From Chromatiaceae bacterium (GTDB lineage: Bacteria > Pseudomonadota > Gammaproteobacteria > SZUA-140), in assembly GCA_003232725.1 (NCBI GenBank), contig QIJH01000218.1, positions 3,429 to 67,428 of the forward strand: a stretch of 64,000 bases of DNA. The letters run 5' to 3'. Every line of letters begins with the position of its first letter. The first letter of the stretch is position 1. Under the pieces are notes generated by a model. It ran no database searches. It was not told the origin of the DNA and worked only from the letters and a program-made list of their open reading frames with translations. A program made the position numbers and the translations under genes. Below are positions 13,692 to 24,506 of the stretch, piece by piece.

Positions 13692-13942
13692 ACTACCATT
13701 AGTTTTTCATTCTAATGGCGATTCTAAACACAGAGCACATGTGTTTGTCAATCTAAAACAATGCTGTAAATCAGATAAAACTTAATGTTATCAATGAATT
13801 ATCAAAGCCAATGGGGCTCACGCCAGAAAAAGGGCATTTATTCTCAAGAAAATCACATACGTAATACCATGTTATTAATACAATTTTAAGAAAGAAAATG
13901 CAATCGAAAAGCCAATTGATCAACCTCGCTGATCAATTAACG

Positions 13943-14965
13943 CTATTCTAATTTTTGAGCGCGCTCAAATAATGCACTTACCGCATTCCGAGGAGGGCAC
14001 CCTTCGTACAAAACACGATACACTTGCTCTGCAATCGGCATCTCGACACCACACTGACGTGCCAGCAACAGCACCTCTCTGGCCGCCTGCACACCCTCAA
14101 CCGCCTGACCGATCGATTGCAGTGCCTGCTCCAACGTCTTGCCCTGTGCAAGCGCCAATCCCATCCGTCGATTACGTGACTGATTATCAGTACAGGTCAA
14201 TACCAGGTCACCCAGACCAGCCAAACCAGTAAAGGTATCCGCCTGCCCACCCAGCTCGACTCCCAGGCGCGTAATTTCAGCTAAGCCTCGCGTGATTAAT
14301 GCCGCACGTGCGTTCGCACCAAAGCCAAGCCCATCAGAAATACCCGCTGCGATTGCCAGCACGTTCTTAACAGCCCCGCCCACCTCAACACCCACCACAT
14401 CACTTGAACGATAGGCACGAAAGCAATCATTACTCAGCGCATCAGAAATATCTTGAGAAAATTGAGAATCGCCCGAAGCGACCGTTAGCGCCGTCGGCAA
14501 ACCAAGCGCAACTTCATGCGCAAAACTAGGCCCCGACACAACCGCAAACGACACCTCATCACCACAAACTTCTGCGGCAACCTGATGCAGCAATTTACCA
14601 CTACCAGGATCGAATCCTTTTGTGGCCCATGAGAGCCTTGCAGCCGTCCCCATTACAGGCCGGCACAGTGTCAGTACGGAACGAAATGCCTCGCTTGGCA
14701 CGACAACCATAATATCACCACAGATCTCCAGCACCTGCCTTAGATCAGCATTGATACTCAGACGATCAGGAAATGCTATATCAGGAAGAAAAGCAACATT
14801 ACGGCGCTGCTCTTGCATCCACGCAACTTGAGCAACATCATGACTCCACAAAACCACATCACGCCCATTGCGTGCGATCAATATAGCGAGTGCACTCCCC
14901 CACGAACCAGCACCTAACAGTGCAATTGGTAACTGAGAATGAGGCACCACTTCTCTGTCCAACAT
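13943..14965 (-). CDS. gpsA: NAD(P)H-dependent glycerol-3-phosphate dehydrogenase
   Basis: IALLGAGSWGSALAILIARNG Rossmann motif. Full-length 340 aa. secB-gpsA synteny. Confidence 0.93.
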   Translation of the reverse strand: MLDREVVPHSQLPIALLGAGSWGSALAILIARNGRDVVLWSHDVAQVAWMQEQRRNVAFLPDIAFPDRLSINADLRQVLEICGDIMVVVPSEAFRSVLTLCRPVMGTAARLSWATKGFDPGSGKLLHQVAAEVCGDEVSFAVVSGPSFAHEVALGLPTALTVASGDSQFSQDISDALSNDCFRAYRSSDVVGVEVGGAVKNVLAIAAGISDGLGFGANARAALITRGLAEITRLGVELGGQADTFTGLAGLGDLVLTCTDNQSRNRRMGLALAQGKTLEQALQSIGQAVEGVQAAREVLLLARQCGVEMPIAEQVYRVLYEGCPPRNAVSALFERAQKLE

Positions 14966-14987
14966 CGACCCCCCTCAGACGACTAAA

Positions 14988-15491
14988 TCAATGCTGAACT
15001 GACTCCTCGCCAGCGCCTTCCTGTTGCTTACGCTGTTGCTGCGCATACTCCGCATACAACGCATCGAAGTTAACTGGCGATAACAGCAACTGTGGAAAAC
15101 CACCTCGCGCCACCAAGTCTGAAATCGCCTCGCGAGCGAATGGAAATAGAATATTTGGGCAGACACTACCAACAATAGCGGGCAGCTCTTTTGGATCATA
15201 ACCAGAGATATTAAATATCCCACACTGCTGAATCTCGACAAGATAAGCTGTCTTAGCACCAATTTTTGCAGTCACCGTCACCGAAAGCATCACCTCATGA
15301 ACATCTTCACTCAACACAACAGCCTTATTTCCAAGCTGCATATTGGTTTCAGGCTGCCACTTTTCCTGAAAAATCAGTGGGGTATTGGGTGTTTCAAATG
15401 AGATATCTCGCATATATACTTTCTGTATCGAAAACTGCTTTCCACCTGCTGCCACCGCTGCCTGCTCTTTTTTTTCATCCACTTCTGACAT
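14988..15491 (-). CDS. secB: protein-export chaperone SecB
   Basis: FSIQKVYMRDISFETPNTPLIFQEKWQPETNMQL... acidic C-terminal tail. 167 aa. Confidence 0.93.
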   Translation of the reverse strand: MSEVDEKKEQAAVAAGGKQFSIQKVYMRDISFETPNTPLIFQEKWQPETNMQLGNKAVVLSEDVHEVMLSVTVTAKIGAKTAYLVEIQQCGIFNISGYDPKELPAIVGSVCPNILFPFAREAISDLVARGGFPQLLLSPVNFDALYAEYAQQQRKQQEGAGEESVQH

Positions 15492-15572
15492 TATCTACCA
15501 CCGATTAACAATAACTAGCATCCACTCAACAGAAAGTAAGCGTGACAAACGCTCACATCAAGATACATACAC

Positions 15573-16001
15573 CTACGACTCGATACTCAATGGAAAATTG
15601 GCGCTTTTCCACGTCAATAAACCACCCGATAGCTTATAAACCGATGCAAAACCCTGCTTCTGTAAAATAGCACCGGCACGCGCAGACTGCTGACCCGCTT
15701 CACAATAAACCACTAACGGACTCTCTTTCAAACTGTCCAATTCATGCAAGCGCTCTTCCAGCAAGCCAAAAGGGATATGCTTCGCATTAAGAATATGCCC
15801 TTTCTCAAAATCGCTATTATCACGCACATCCAGCACAACTGCATCATCACGGTTAATCAGCTGCACAACCTCGTTAGGCTTAATTTCTTTAAAGCCCAAT
15901 AGCTTAGGGCGAATCATATTCACCCCCAACAAGGTGAGCACAATGACCAGCGCCAAAAATAAAAGCCAATTATTTACAATAAATTCAAAAAACTGCTGCA
16001 T
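15573..16001 (-). CDS. rhodanese-domain protein with N-terminal membrane anchor (YibN-like)
   Basis: MQQFFEFIVNNWLLFLALVIVLTL... TM helix, then rhodanese fold with active-site Cys (VVYCEAGQQS). Start set at MQQFF, not the upstream ATG used by the ORF track. Confidence 0.72.
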   Translation of the reverse strand: MQQFFEFIVNNWLLFLALVIVLTLLGVNMIRPKLLGFKEIKPNEVVQLINRDDAVVLDVRDNSDFEKGHILNAKHIPFGLLEERLHELDSLKESPLVVYCEAGQQSARAGAILQKQGFASVYKLSGGLLTWKSANFPLSIES

Positions 16002-16215
16002 ATTATCACCACTCAACAATGTGCCGCAGCACAAATATCGCCAGCACACAAATAGACATCAAGAATGTCAGGACACACTAAAAGCACGCAGTCTAGCTCA
16101 TCTGCTATAGAATTACAGCGGGAAAATGCAATTAGACTATATTAAATACCAACAAGACCTACGTCACCAAGCACTGCTTAACAACCCATCAAACAAGCCG
16201 TACAAACAGCACTCG

Positions 16216-16533
16216 CTAGTCATGACAGATCACCTCTCTCATCATACCAAACAGCTCGACCATGCGGCTATCACTAAGTCGATACAGGACCCGGTTTCCA
16301 TCTTTTCGCGCCTTAATAAGCCCCTTACCTTTCATTATAGAAAGATGCTGTGAGATATTGCTTTGTGAAGCCTCCGTTGCCGCGACAATCTCTTGCACTG
16401 CTACCTCACCACTACCATCCCCCAGCATGCAGAGAATTTTTAACCTAAGTGGATGCGATAACGCCTTGAGCACCATTGATGTCTGCTCAAGGTCCTGATA
16501 ATCGACCTTCCCCACTTCTTTTACCCCCCCCAT
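16216..16533 (-). CDS. ArsR/SmtB family transcriptional regulator
   Basis: LKALSHPLRLKILCML...VQEIVAATEASQSNISQHLSIMKGKGLIKARKDGNRVLYRL winged-HTH signature. Confidence 0.8.
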   Translation of the reverse strand: MGGVKEVGKVDYQDLEQTSMVLKALSHPLRLKILCMLGDGSGEVAVQEIVAATEASQSNISQHLSIMKGKGLIKARKDGNRVLYRLSDSRMVELFGMMREVICHD

Positions 16534-16837
16534 GGTGATCCGACCCTTAACCAGTTATAATTTATTGTTATTTAAAGTGAATAAATCATTAGAAACTGCC
16601 GTCACCTTTAATTAACCTACATGACTTAGCCTTGAGAGTGTTAACCCAATAAAACCCTAGCTTCAATGATTAAACTTGTAGTACTCAAAGAAATTTTCAG
16701 TGGGCGACATAATAGAAGTACCAAAAACTAAATCAAGCACTGCAAACCCACCATCAATTCATATTATAACGAATAACTAAATTTCATAATGTAGGACTTT
16801 TCCTACGCAATAAACTGACAAGGACTTCGCTTTAAAA

Positions 16838-18400
16838 ATGAACTCCCCGGATAAATCAACAAGTTACAAACCAACCACGCTAATCATCCTTGATGGTTGG
16901 GGCATAAGCGAAAAAACAGATAATAATGCTATCTACCATGCAAAAAAACCTAACTGGGATAGGCTATGGGGAAAAAACCCACATACATTGATTCACGGAT
17001 CGGGCAACGAAGTTGGCCTTCCAGCCAATCAAATGGGCAATTCAGAGGTTGGCCACCTTAATCTCGGTGCTGGACGCGTGGTCAAACAGGAACTGACTCG
17101 CATCGATCAAGCGATCGAAGATGGCAGCTTCTGCAAAAACCAAGTGCTCGTTAGCGCCATCAAGCAAGCAATTGTAAAAGATAAAGCAGTGCATATAATG
17201 GGGCTACTTTCGAGCGGCGGCGTCCACAGCCACCAGTCACAAATTAAGGCAGCCCTCACACTCGCCATACAGCAAGGCGCAAAGAAGGTCTACCTGCATG
17301 CCTTTCTTGATGGGCGCGACACGCCGCCCAAGAGCGCCTCACCCTGGCTTGCAGAAATAGATGCGCTTTTTGCCGAACACAAACACCCGGGGCGAATTGC
17401 CAGTATCATTGGACGATTTTATGCGTTAGATCGTGACAATCGCTGGGAGCGCATTCAAACAGCCTATGAATTGATAGCCCTGGGCAGATCCGCCTTTCAG
17501 GCCAGCAACGCACTAGCAGGTCTAGAAGCAGCCTATCAACGTGATGAAACCGATGAATTTGTACAGGCAACCAGCATCATCCCCGCAGGCAAAGAAGCTG
17601 CCTGCGTGGAGTCTGGTGATACCATGATCTTCATGAATTTTCGCGCAGACCGGGCACGCCAAATTTCCCAGGCCTTTGCTGAACCCGAATTTACAGGTTT
17701 TGCCATCAAAGAGCGTCCAAAACTCGGGGCTTACATTAGCCTTACCGAGTACAAAAAAAGCCTGGAAACCGAGATCGCATTCCCCGCCACTCGCATGAAA
17801 AATGTTTTTGGCGAGTACATTTCGAACCTGGGATTGCAACAATTACGCATTTCAGAGACCGAAAAATATGCCCATGTCACCTTCTTCTTTAATGGCGGTG
17901 AAGAGCGTGCATTCGAGGGAGAAGAGCGCATTCTCATCGCATCGCCAAAAGTAAAAACATATGACCTGCAACCAGAAATGAGCGCCGCAGAATTAACCGA
18001 TAAACTGGTTGAGGCCATCACCAGCAAAAAGTTCGACACCATTATCTGTAACTACGCCAATCCAGACATGGTCGGCCACACCGGCAACCTTAATGCCTGC
18101 ATTAAGGCAATCGAAACCATCGACGCTTGTCTGGCACGCGTTCACGAAGCAATCACCGCCGCTGGTGGTGAACTGTTAATCACTGCTGATCACGGCAACG
18201 CAGAAAAAATGCGCGATGATAAAACTGGTCAGGCTCATACCGCACATACCGCCAATCCAGTACCACTCCTCTATATCGGTCGTGATGCGGAAATTTCAGA
18301 AGGTGGTAGCCTCTCTGACATCGCCCCTACCATGCTCTATTTAATGGGACTAGAGCAACCTGCTGAAATGACTGGCCGTTCACTACTGAAGTTAAAGTAG
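16838..18400 (+). CDS. gpmI: 2,3-bisphosphoglycerate-independent phosphoglycerate mutase
   Basis: [14 protein letters not shown]...[16 protein letters not shown]..., 520 aa; classic iPGM. Confidence 0.95.
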   Translation: MNSPDKSTSYKPTTLIILDGWGISEKTDNNAIYHAKKPNWDRLWGKNPHTLIHGSGNEVGLPANQMGNSEVGHLNLGAGRVVKQELTRIDQAIEDGSFCKNQVLVSAIKQAIVKDKAVHIMGLLSSGGVHSHQSQIKAALTLAIQQGAKKVYLHAFLDGRDTPPKSASPWLAEIDALFAEHKHPGRIASIIGRFYALDRDNRWERIQTAYELIALGRSAFQASNALAGLEAAYQRDETDEFVQATSIIPAGKEAACVESGDTMIFMNFRADRARQISQAFAEPEFTGFAIKERPKLGAYISLTEYKKSLETEIAFPATRMKNVFGEYISNLGLQQLRISETEKYAHVTFFFNGGEERAFEGEERILIASPKVKTYDLQPEMSAAELTDKLVEAITSKKFDTIICNYANPDMVGHTGNLNACIKAIETIDACLARVHEAITAAGGELLITADHGNAEKMRDDKTGQAHTAHTANPVPLLYIGRDAEISEGGSLSDIAPTMLYLMGLEQPAEMTGRSLLKLK

Positions 18401-18413
18401 CAAGTGTAGTACC

Positions 18414-19643
18414 TTGATACTTCGTCTCTTTCAGGGCATGAGATCACAGCCAGCAAGCACTCCCCTAGGCGTTGCGAGCATCATACTCGTAACGCTTTTG
18501 CTGCTAACTGCTAGCCCCTCTCTGTTTGCCAATGCCAATGAACAGTCGAAAGAAGCAAAACTGCTACATTTAAAAAAACAGATCAGTGACGTTCGTACAA
18601 CACTGACAAAATCCACCAGCGAAAAGAACCGGCTACAGCACAAATTGCAAAAAAGTGAAACGGCCATTGGCAACATCAGCCGATCCCTGGCAAACCTCGC
18701 CAAACAACTGAAACAACAAAAACGTGACCTACGCAATCGCCAACAAGAGAAAAAACAAAAATCACGTGAATTAGCACAGCAACAACAACTGCTGGCACAG
18801 CAGATCCGCGCCAGCTACGCGATGGGCAATCAGGGCTACGCCAAACTATTCCTCAATCAGGAAGACCCCGCCGCGATTGGCCGTACCCTCATTTATTACG
18901 ACTACCTGAACCAGTCTCGCACACACAATATCAAGACGATCGATCAACGCATCACAGCGCTCTCACGCATCGAAACCGATATTCAACACAAGCAGCAGAA
19001 AATTACAGCGGCTCAACAACAGCGCAAAAAAGAGAAAGGTGCGCTAGAGAAACAACAGCGCTCACGAAAAACGATCCTTTCCAGCATACAGAAAGATATC
19101 AAGAATCAATCACAGCGGCTGGTTCAGCTCGAACAGGCGCGCAAAGACCTCCAGCGGTTATTAAAATCACTGAGTGAAGCCCTTGCAGACATTCCACCCG
19201 ATGTCGGCAATATCAAACAGTTCAGCCAGCTCAAAGGAAAACTCCTGCGCCCAACCAAAGGCAAGGTCAACAATCGCTTTGGCAAACGACGCACAGGTGG
19301 TGGTGGCATCAAATGGCAAGGAATCACTATCAAGGCTAAAACAGGCACCCAGGTCAATGCCGTTCATCACGGCAGAGTTGCCTTTTCCGACTGGCTACGT
19401 GGTTTTGGCTTACTGGTGATTTTAGACCATGGCGACGGCTACATGAGCCTTTATGGACACAATGAAAGCCTATATAAAACTGTCGGCGAATGGGTAGATC
19501 GTGGCGAGATCATTGCTACCGTTGGCGAGAGTGGCGGCCAAAGTAACAAATCCGCAAGAATGGCAAGCCGCAAAACCCTAGACCATGGCTGGCACGTCAA
19601 TAGCCACATATTAGCAACGACGGAAATATGGCGAAAACAGTAG
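18414..19643 (+). CDS. envC: murein hydrolase activator EnvC-like (coiled coil + degenerate LytM/M23 domain); 3' end appears frameshifted
   Basis: Signal peptide, long Q/K/E-rich coiled coil, M23-like C-terminal domain (GITIKAKTGTQVNAVHHGRVAFSDWLRGFGLLVILDHGDGYMSLYGHNESL). The conserved final motif (QIRKNGKPQNPRPWLARQ*) is read in another frame at 19547-19603. Confidence 0.75.
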   Translation: MILRLFQGMRSQPASTPLGVASIILVTLLLLTASPSLFANANEQSKEAKLLHLKKQISDVRTTLTKSTSEKNRLQHKLQKSETAIGNISRSLANLAKQLKQQKRDLRNRQQEKKQKSRELAQQQQLLAQQIRASYAMGNQGYAKLFLNQEDPAAIGRTLIYYDYLNQSRTHNIKTIDQRITALSRIETDIQHKQQKITAAQQQRKKEKGALEKQQRSRKTILSSIQKDIKNQSQRLVQLEQARKDLQRLLKSLSEALADIPPDVGNIKQFSQLKGKLLRPTKGKVNNRFGKRRTGGGGIKWQGITIKAKTGTQVNAVHHGRVAFSDWLRGFGLLVILDHGDGYMSLYGHNESLYKTVGEWVDRGEIIATVGESGGQSNKSARMASRKTLDHGWHVNSHILATTEIWRKQ

Positions 19644-19685
19644 TTTCTGATAAAGTTACCTCTGCGGACGCCGAAACCAAATCTA

Positions 19686-21005
19686 ATGGAGTGGAAAACA
19701 TCAATGCTACCTCAATCACGTAATATCCTGTTAGTGCTAATGGGGCTGGTAATAGGCTTCTCTTTGACCATCGGCCAACATGTATTTGCAGAGCGCGACG
19801 ATAACAACGCCCTTCCACTCGAAGAGCTGCGCGCCTTTACCGAAGTCTTCGCCAATATCAAAAATAACTATGTTGAAGATATCACTGACAAAGAGCTGCT
19901 GGAAAATGCCATTCGCGGTATGCTTTCGGGCTTGGATCCCCACTCATCCTATCTGGATGCTGATGCCTACAAAGAACTACGGGTCGGCACCTCTGGTGAA
20001 TTTGGCGGCCTTGGTATCGAGGTCAGCATGGAAGATGGCTTTGTAAAAGTCGTATCCCCCATTGATGATACTCCCGCTGATGCCGCAGGCATCAAAGCAG
20101 GCGACCTCATTATCCGTCTCGATGACACCCCCATAAAAGGACTCACACTCCGTGAAGCCGTCAACCTCATGCGCGGCAAACCGGGTAGCGACATCTTACT
20201 CACGATCGTTCGTGATGGCACCAATAGACCACTGAAAGTCACCATCACCCGCGACATCATTCAAGTTAAAAGCATTAAGTACGAAAGCCTCGAGCCTGGT
20301 TTTGGTTACGTACGCATTACCCAGTTTCAGTCTCACACCGGTAGCGACCTTAAAAAAGCAATCAACGAATTAAAGAAAGAGAATGATGGCGCGCTTAATG
20401 GGTTGATTCTTGACCTGCGTAACAACCCCGGCGGCGTATTAAACGCAGCATTCGAGGTATCAGATACCTTTCTAGAGCAGGGCATGATCGTCTACACCGA
20501 AGGACGCATTGATGACTCTGCCCTTGAATTCAAGGCCACACCTAATGACAGCCTCGAAGGGGCACCACTTATCGTACTGATTAACAGTGGCTCAGCTTCT
20601 GCGTCAGAAATTGTCGCAGGTGCACTGCAAGACCACAAACGCGCCGTCATCATGGGAAGCAAATCATTTGGCAAAGGCTCGGTGCAAACAATTCTGCCGA
20701 TGAACAACGGCGCAGCACTCAAACTCACAACTGCTCGCTACTTCACCCCTGCAGGTCGCTCGATTCAGGCCGAAGGTATCGTGCCGGACATTCCGCTTGA
20801 TCGGATCAATCTAACGGCCGCAAACGAACCTGAATTTGCGCCCGTCACTGAAGCGGATCTTGCTGGCCACCTGGACAGCGGCCAAGAGAGCAGAGGAAAT
20901 GATGCGGTTAATATTCAACAAGAGGAAAAACATCGCGTCGACCAAGACTACCAACTCTACGAAGCACTCAATCTGCTAAAAGGGCTGCACATCCTCATTA
21001 AATAA
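19686..21005 (+). CDS. ctpA: carboxy-terminal processing protease (S41 family, CtpA/Prc-like)
   Basis: N-terminal TM/signal, PDZ domain (GGLGIEV...GDLIIRLDDTPIKGLT), S41 catalytic region (LILDLRNNPGGVLNAA; GSASASEIVAGALQDHKRAVIMGSKSFGKGSVQ). Confidence 0.9.
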   Translation: MEWKTSMLPQSRNILLVLMGLVIGFSLTIGQHVFAERDDNNALPLEELRAFTEVFANIKNNYVEDITDKELLENAIRGMLSGLDPHSSYLDADAYKELRVGTSGEFGGLGIEVSMEDGFVKVVSPIDDTPADAAGIKAGDLIIRLDDTPIKGLTLREAVNLMRGKPGSDILLTIVRDGTNRPLKVTITRDIIQVKSIKYESLEPGFGYVRITQFQSHTGSDLKKAINELKKENDGALNGLILDLRNNPGGVLNAAFEVSDTFLEQGMIVYTEGRIDDSALEFKATPNDSLEGAPLIVLINSGSASASEIVAGALQDHKRAVIMGSKSFGKGSVQTILPMNNGAALKLTTARYFTPAGRSIQAEGIVPDIPLDRINLTAANEPEFAPVTEADLAGHLDSGQESRGNDAVNIQQEEKHRVDQDYQLYEALNLLKGLHILIK

Positions 21006-21016
21006 TAGTAAACAGC

Positions 21017-21186
21017 TAGTAACTATTCAGTTCACTCCTGAAATTTGTCATTTCTGCATTGAAAAATGATCATTTACACCTGTAAACTCATATTTTTCGC
21101 CTTGCATCCGAGGGCATAAAGAAACTGCCAAATTTCAGCAGCAATCTGAATGACATGGCTCTCTTTCACTATGCTGAATAGTTACA
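21017..21186. repeat. MITE-like inverted-repeat element, long copy (about 170 bp)
   Basis: 5' end tagtaactattcagttcactcctgaaat and 3' end tatgctgaatagttaca are shared with the element at 46408-46479. The termini are inverted repeats of each other (gtaactattcag / ctgaatagttac). Intergenic, between ctpA and yibQ. Confidence 0.6.
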
Positions 21187-21212
21187 ACAGCTAAAATAAA
21201 TTAACATCAACC

Positions 21213-22106
21213 ATGACTCTACGCCTAATACTCACGCTGCTGCTTGTTATCAGCACCACCAAACCGGGGCTGGCGGGCGATGCAAAGCTCGGCTTTGAGC
21301 GCCCGCCCGCCACTAACACCCAACAACCACTGCCTGCTATCAGTATTATCATTGATGACCTTGGCGAACAGCGCGTACTCGGTGAACGCGCCATTGCACT
21401 GCCCGGTGAAATCACCTATGCATTCCTGCCACATACCAGCCATGCCGTTCATCTGGCTGAGTTGGCACACCAGCTAAACAGAGAGGTGATGATACACATA
21501 CCGATGCAACCGGTCGGCGATAGCAGCCTCGGTAAAGGCGGGCTCACGCTCGACATGTCACAACAAAATTTTATTGCAACATTGAAAGACAATCTCAATG
21601 CCATTCCCCATATCAGCGGCATTAACAATCATATGGGCAGCCTGCTAACCCAACATCCAGAAAAGATGGTCTGGCTAATGCAAACACTCAGTGAAGAGCA
21701 TGATGATCTGTTTTTTGTCGATAGCCGCACCACTGAACACACCGTCGCCTATACCATCGCAGCCGAATTTGAGATCCCAAGAATAAACCGCAATGTATTC
21801 CTTGATAACATTCGCACTAAAAAGGAGATCGGCATACAGTTTAAACGACTACTCATCCTTGCAAAGCGTCACGGCACCGCCGTTGCCATTGGCCACCCTT
21901 ATCCAGAGACTCTCAAGTTTCTCGAGCAGATGCTACCCGCACTCCAACAGCAGGGTATCGAGCTAATCAAAACCTCCAGCCTCATCAAGCGTAAGCACCT
22001 ACTCGAGACCACTACCCCAGACACCATGCTCGCCGCAAAAGAGCGTCATAACAAAATAGGACTACCTCATACCGCTGAATCGCGAGCAACTTCGCTCATC
22101 CAGTAA
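21213..22106 (+). CDS. yibQ: divergent polysaccharide deacetylase family protein (YibQ-like)
   Basis: Signal peptide, ISIIIDDLGEQ...YAFLPHT...IHIPMQP...INNHMGS motifs of the YibQ family. Synteny with envC/ctpA. Confidence 0.85.
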   Translation: MTLRLILTLLLVISTTKPGLAGDAKLGFERPPATNTQQPLPAISIIIDDLGEQRVLGERAIALPGEITYAFLPHTSHAVHLAELAHQLNREVMIHIPMQPVGDSSLGKGGLTLDMSQQNFIATLKDNLNAIPHISGINNHMGSLLTQHPEKMVWLMQTLSEEHDDLFFVDSRTTEHTVAYTIAAEFEIPRINRNVFLDNIRTKKEIGIQFKRLLILAKRHGTAVAIGHPYPETLKFLEQMLPALQQQGIELIKTSSLIKRKHLLETTTPDTMLAAKERHNKIGLPHTAESRATSLIQ

Positions 22107-22191
22107 ACAGGAGTAACAATGGCAACAGTACTCGACCCATCGGCGCAAGATTGAAACAGAACGTGTGCGTTAGTGAACAGGCCCGCTTGTT

Positions 22192-23838
22192 TTAGTCGCG
22201 ACGTTCGTCACGCGGCCATGAAAACAGCAGCACAATAATCCCCATGCCTCCCAGACTCCAAGAGACCATCGAAGCACTACCTAATCCTAATAGTATAGCC
22301 GCACTGACAATCAATGCACTGCCCACAATTGCGGCATACAGACGTCGGTTTGAATCCCGCAACGTGTGCTCAATTTTACGTAGCTCTTGCGACTGCCACT
22401 CAATCTTCAATTCACCATCGCGCGCCTGCTGTAAAACATCATGCAGCAACACCGGCATTTCAGGTAGCCGTTCCAACCACAATGGCGCATTGCGTTTCAT
22501 CGAACTGACAAAGGCACGACCACCAATATTTTCATCCATCCAACGTTCCAGAAATGGTTTTGCCGTCTGCCACAAGTCTAACTCAGGGTAAAGCTGCCGC
22601 CCCAACCCTTCAATGTTCAACAGCGTCTTTTGCAACAATACCAACTGCGGCTGCACTTCCATATTAAAACGGCGCGCGGTTTGAAACAGGCGTAACAACA
22701 GTCGTCCAAATGAGATATCTTTCAGTGGCCGCTCAAAAATCGGTTCACACACACTGCGAATCGCTGATTCAAACTCATCAACTCGCGTCCCTTTCGGCAC
22801 CCATTCAGATTGTACATGAAGCTCTGCAACACGACGATAATCACGATTAAAAAAGGCCAGAAAGTTCTCTGCAAGGTAATGCTGATCATCCGGGCTCAAC
22901 GTCCCCATGATGCCAAAGTCGATCGCAATGTACTGCCCTTCCGCAGAAACAAAAATATTCCCAGGATGCATATCCGCATGAAAAAAGTTATGTTTAAAGA
23001 CTTGAGTAAAAAAGATCTCCACGCCCGTTTCAGACAATTTTTTAAGATCAACACCTTGTCGACGCAGCTCATCGATATCGCTAATCGGCGTACCAAAGAT
23101 ACGCTCCATCACCATCACATTACGGCGCGTTTGCGGCCAATGTATTTCAGGCACATAAAGCAGATCACTGCCTTCAAAATTACGCCGAAGCTGTGAAGCG
23201 CTCGCCGCCTCTTTCATCAGATCTAGTTCGTCATAGATGGTTTTTTCATATTCTGCCACCACTTCAAGCGGACGCAGGCGTCGTCCCTCTGACCAGTAAC
23301 GTTCAACCATCTCGGCCATAATATAAAGCAGACCAAGGTCACGCCTGATGGTTTTTTTAATTCCGGGACGCACTACTTTAACAATCACTTCAGTGCCATC
23401 AAGCAGTGTTGCCACATGTACCTGTGCGATCGATGCAGAGGCTAGCGGGGTTTCATCAAACGATAAAAAAACTTTATTCAGTGGCAGACCATAAGCCGCT
23501 TCGATAATACCGCGTGCTTCACTACCGGGAAATGGCGGCACGTTATCCTGCAGTTTTGCCAGTTCATCCGCAATATCATCCGGCAACAGATCTTTACGTG
23601 TTGAGAGGATCTGACCAAGCTTTACAAAAATCGGGCCCAGATCTTCCAACGTGCGACGCATACGCACGGGATGTGGTTCACGTACACGACTGCGGCCAAA
23701 CCAGTTCCATGGCAACAGATACAACAAAAAGCGGAACGGGCGAAACAGATGCATCTCCAGCACCACCTCGTCCAGCCCATGTTTAACTAAAATACGATTG
23801 ATATGCAGCAGTCGGAACAGCTGGCTGGGTTTAATCAT
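22192..23838 (-). CDS. ubiB: ubiquinone biosynthesis regulatory protein kinase UbiB
   Basis: ABC1/UbiB kinase-like domain ([32 protein letters not shown]...ASASIAQVH...[10 protein letters not shown]) and two C-terminal TM helices. Start taken at the second Met, adjacent to the ubiJ stop. Confidence 0.93.
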   Translation of the reverse strand: MIKPSQLFRLLHINRILVKHGLDEVVLEMHLFRPFRFLLYLLPWNWFGRSRVREPHPVRMRRTLEDLGPIFVKLGQILSTRKDLLPDDIADELAKLQDNVPPFPGSEARGIIEAAYGLPLNKVFLSFDETPLASASIAQVHVATLLDGTEVIVKVVRPGIKKTIRRDLGLLYIMAEMVERYWSEGRRLRPLEVVAEYEKTIYDELDLMKEAASASQLRRNFEGSDLLYVPEIHWPQTRRNVMVMERIFGTPISDIDELRRQGVDLKKLSETGVEIFFTQVFKHNFFHADMHPGNIFVSAEGQYIAIDFGIMGTLSPDDQHYLAENFLAFFNRDYRRVAELHVQSEWVPKGTRVDEFESAIRSVCEPIFERPLKDISFGRLLLRLFQTARRFNMEVQPQLVLLQKTLLNIEGLGRQLYPELDLWQTAKPFLERWMDENIGGRAFVSSMKRNAPLWLERLPEMPVLLHDVLQQARDGELKIEWQSQELRKIEHTLRDSNRRLYAAIVGSALIVSAAILLGLGSASMVSWSLGGMGIIVLLFSWPRDERRD

Positions 23839-24470
23839 CACTCAACAGCGCCTCGCTGTGTTAACAGGCGTTGCACGCGCGCTTCCATCCGGTCCACATC
23901 ACTTCGCAGCGTATCAACCGCTTCCAGAAATGGCCCGACCTCTTCATAATGTGGTAACAAGCGACTCTCCTCTTGCAGGTATTCACTCACATCCTGTTCT
24001 ACCGTACTGCGTGTCTGTGTCGTCCAGTCGGCCGCGCCGCTCACCACGTTACCAATTTTATGCCCAACCACATCACCCACCAACTTTGCTATCTGCTCTT
24101 CCCAATCAAGGTCAAGGTTATTCATGATATCGCGGATATGCTGTCCGGTTTCTGTATCACCCTCAATCTCAACATCCCCCGAAAACAGCGCCTGCTGTTG
24201 ATCGCCACCCAATCCCATGCGCATCATCGACAGTGGTGCACCACGTAACCACACATCCACCTCACCATCAAATTCCGCGCGCAACTGCAGGTCAACGCTA
24301 TCCGGCAGCAGATAAAACTTAAGGTTCAAACCTAATAACTCAATGCCAACCACCTTGCCAGTGAGTGCGCGCACCCGCTGCAGTGCATCAGGATCAAACT
24401 GAAGGCAATGATTGATAGCCGCTTCAAATGCCGACAGCGATACTGTTTTAATCGATGATGTGATATCCAT
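23838..24470 (-). CDS. ubiJ: ubiquinone biosynthesis accessory factor UbiJ (SCP2 domain)
   Basis: 210 aa. N-terminal SCP2-like region ([37 protein letters not shown]). Position between ubiE and ubiB. Confidence 0.8.
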   Translation of the reverse strand: MDITSSIKTVSLSAFEAAINHCLQFDPDALQRVRALTGKVVGIELLGLNLKFYLLPDSVDLQLRAEFDGEVDVWLRGAPLSMMRMGLGGDQQQALFSGDVEIEGDTETGQHIRDIMNNLDLDWEEQIAKLVGDVVGHKIGNVVSGAADWTTQTRSTVEQDVSEYLQEESRLLPHYEEVGPFLEAVDTLRSDVDRMEARVQRLLTQRGAVE

Positions 24471-24506
24471 ATGACTAAACTCCAGATCAATAGTGGATCA
24501 ACAACA

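Noticed and set aside
13953-13968. Perfect 16-bp palindrome tttgagcgcgctcaaa near the gpsA stop
   Set aside because: It lies inside the gpsA coding sequence (last codons). It could form a stem for termination but there is no U-tract, so it is not called.
22810-23196. 128-aa plus-strand ORF inside ubiB
   Set aside because: Antisense to a well-supported conserved gene. Lys/Arg-rich junk translation.
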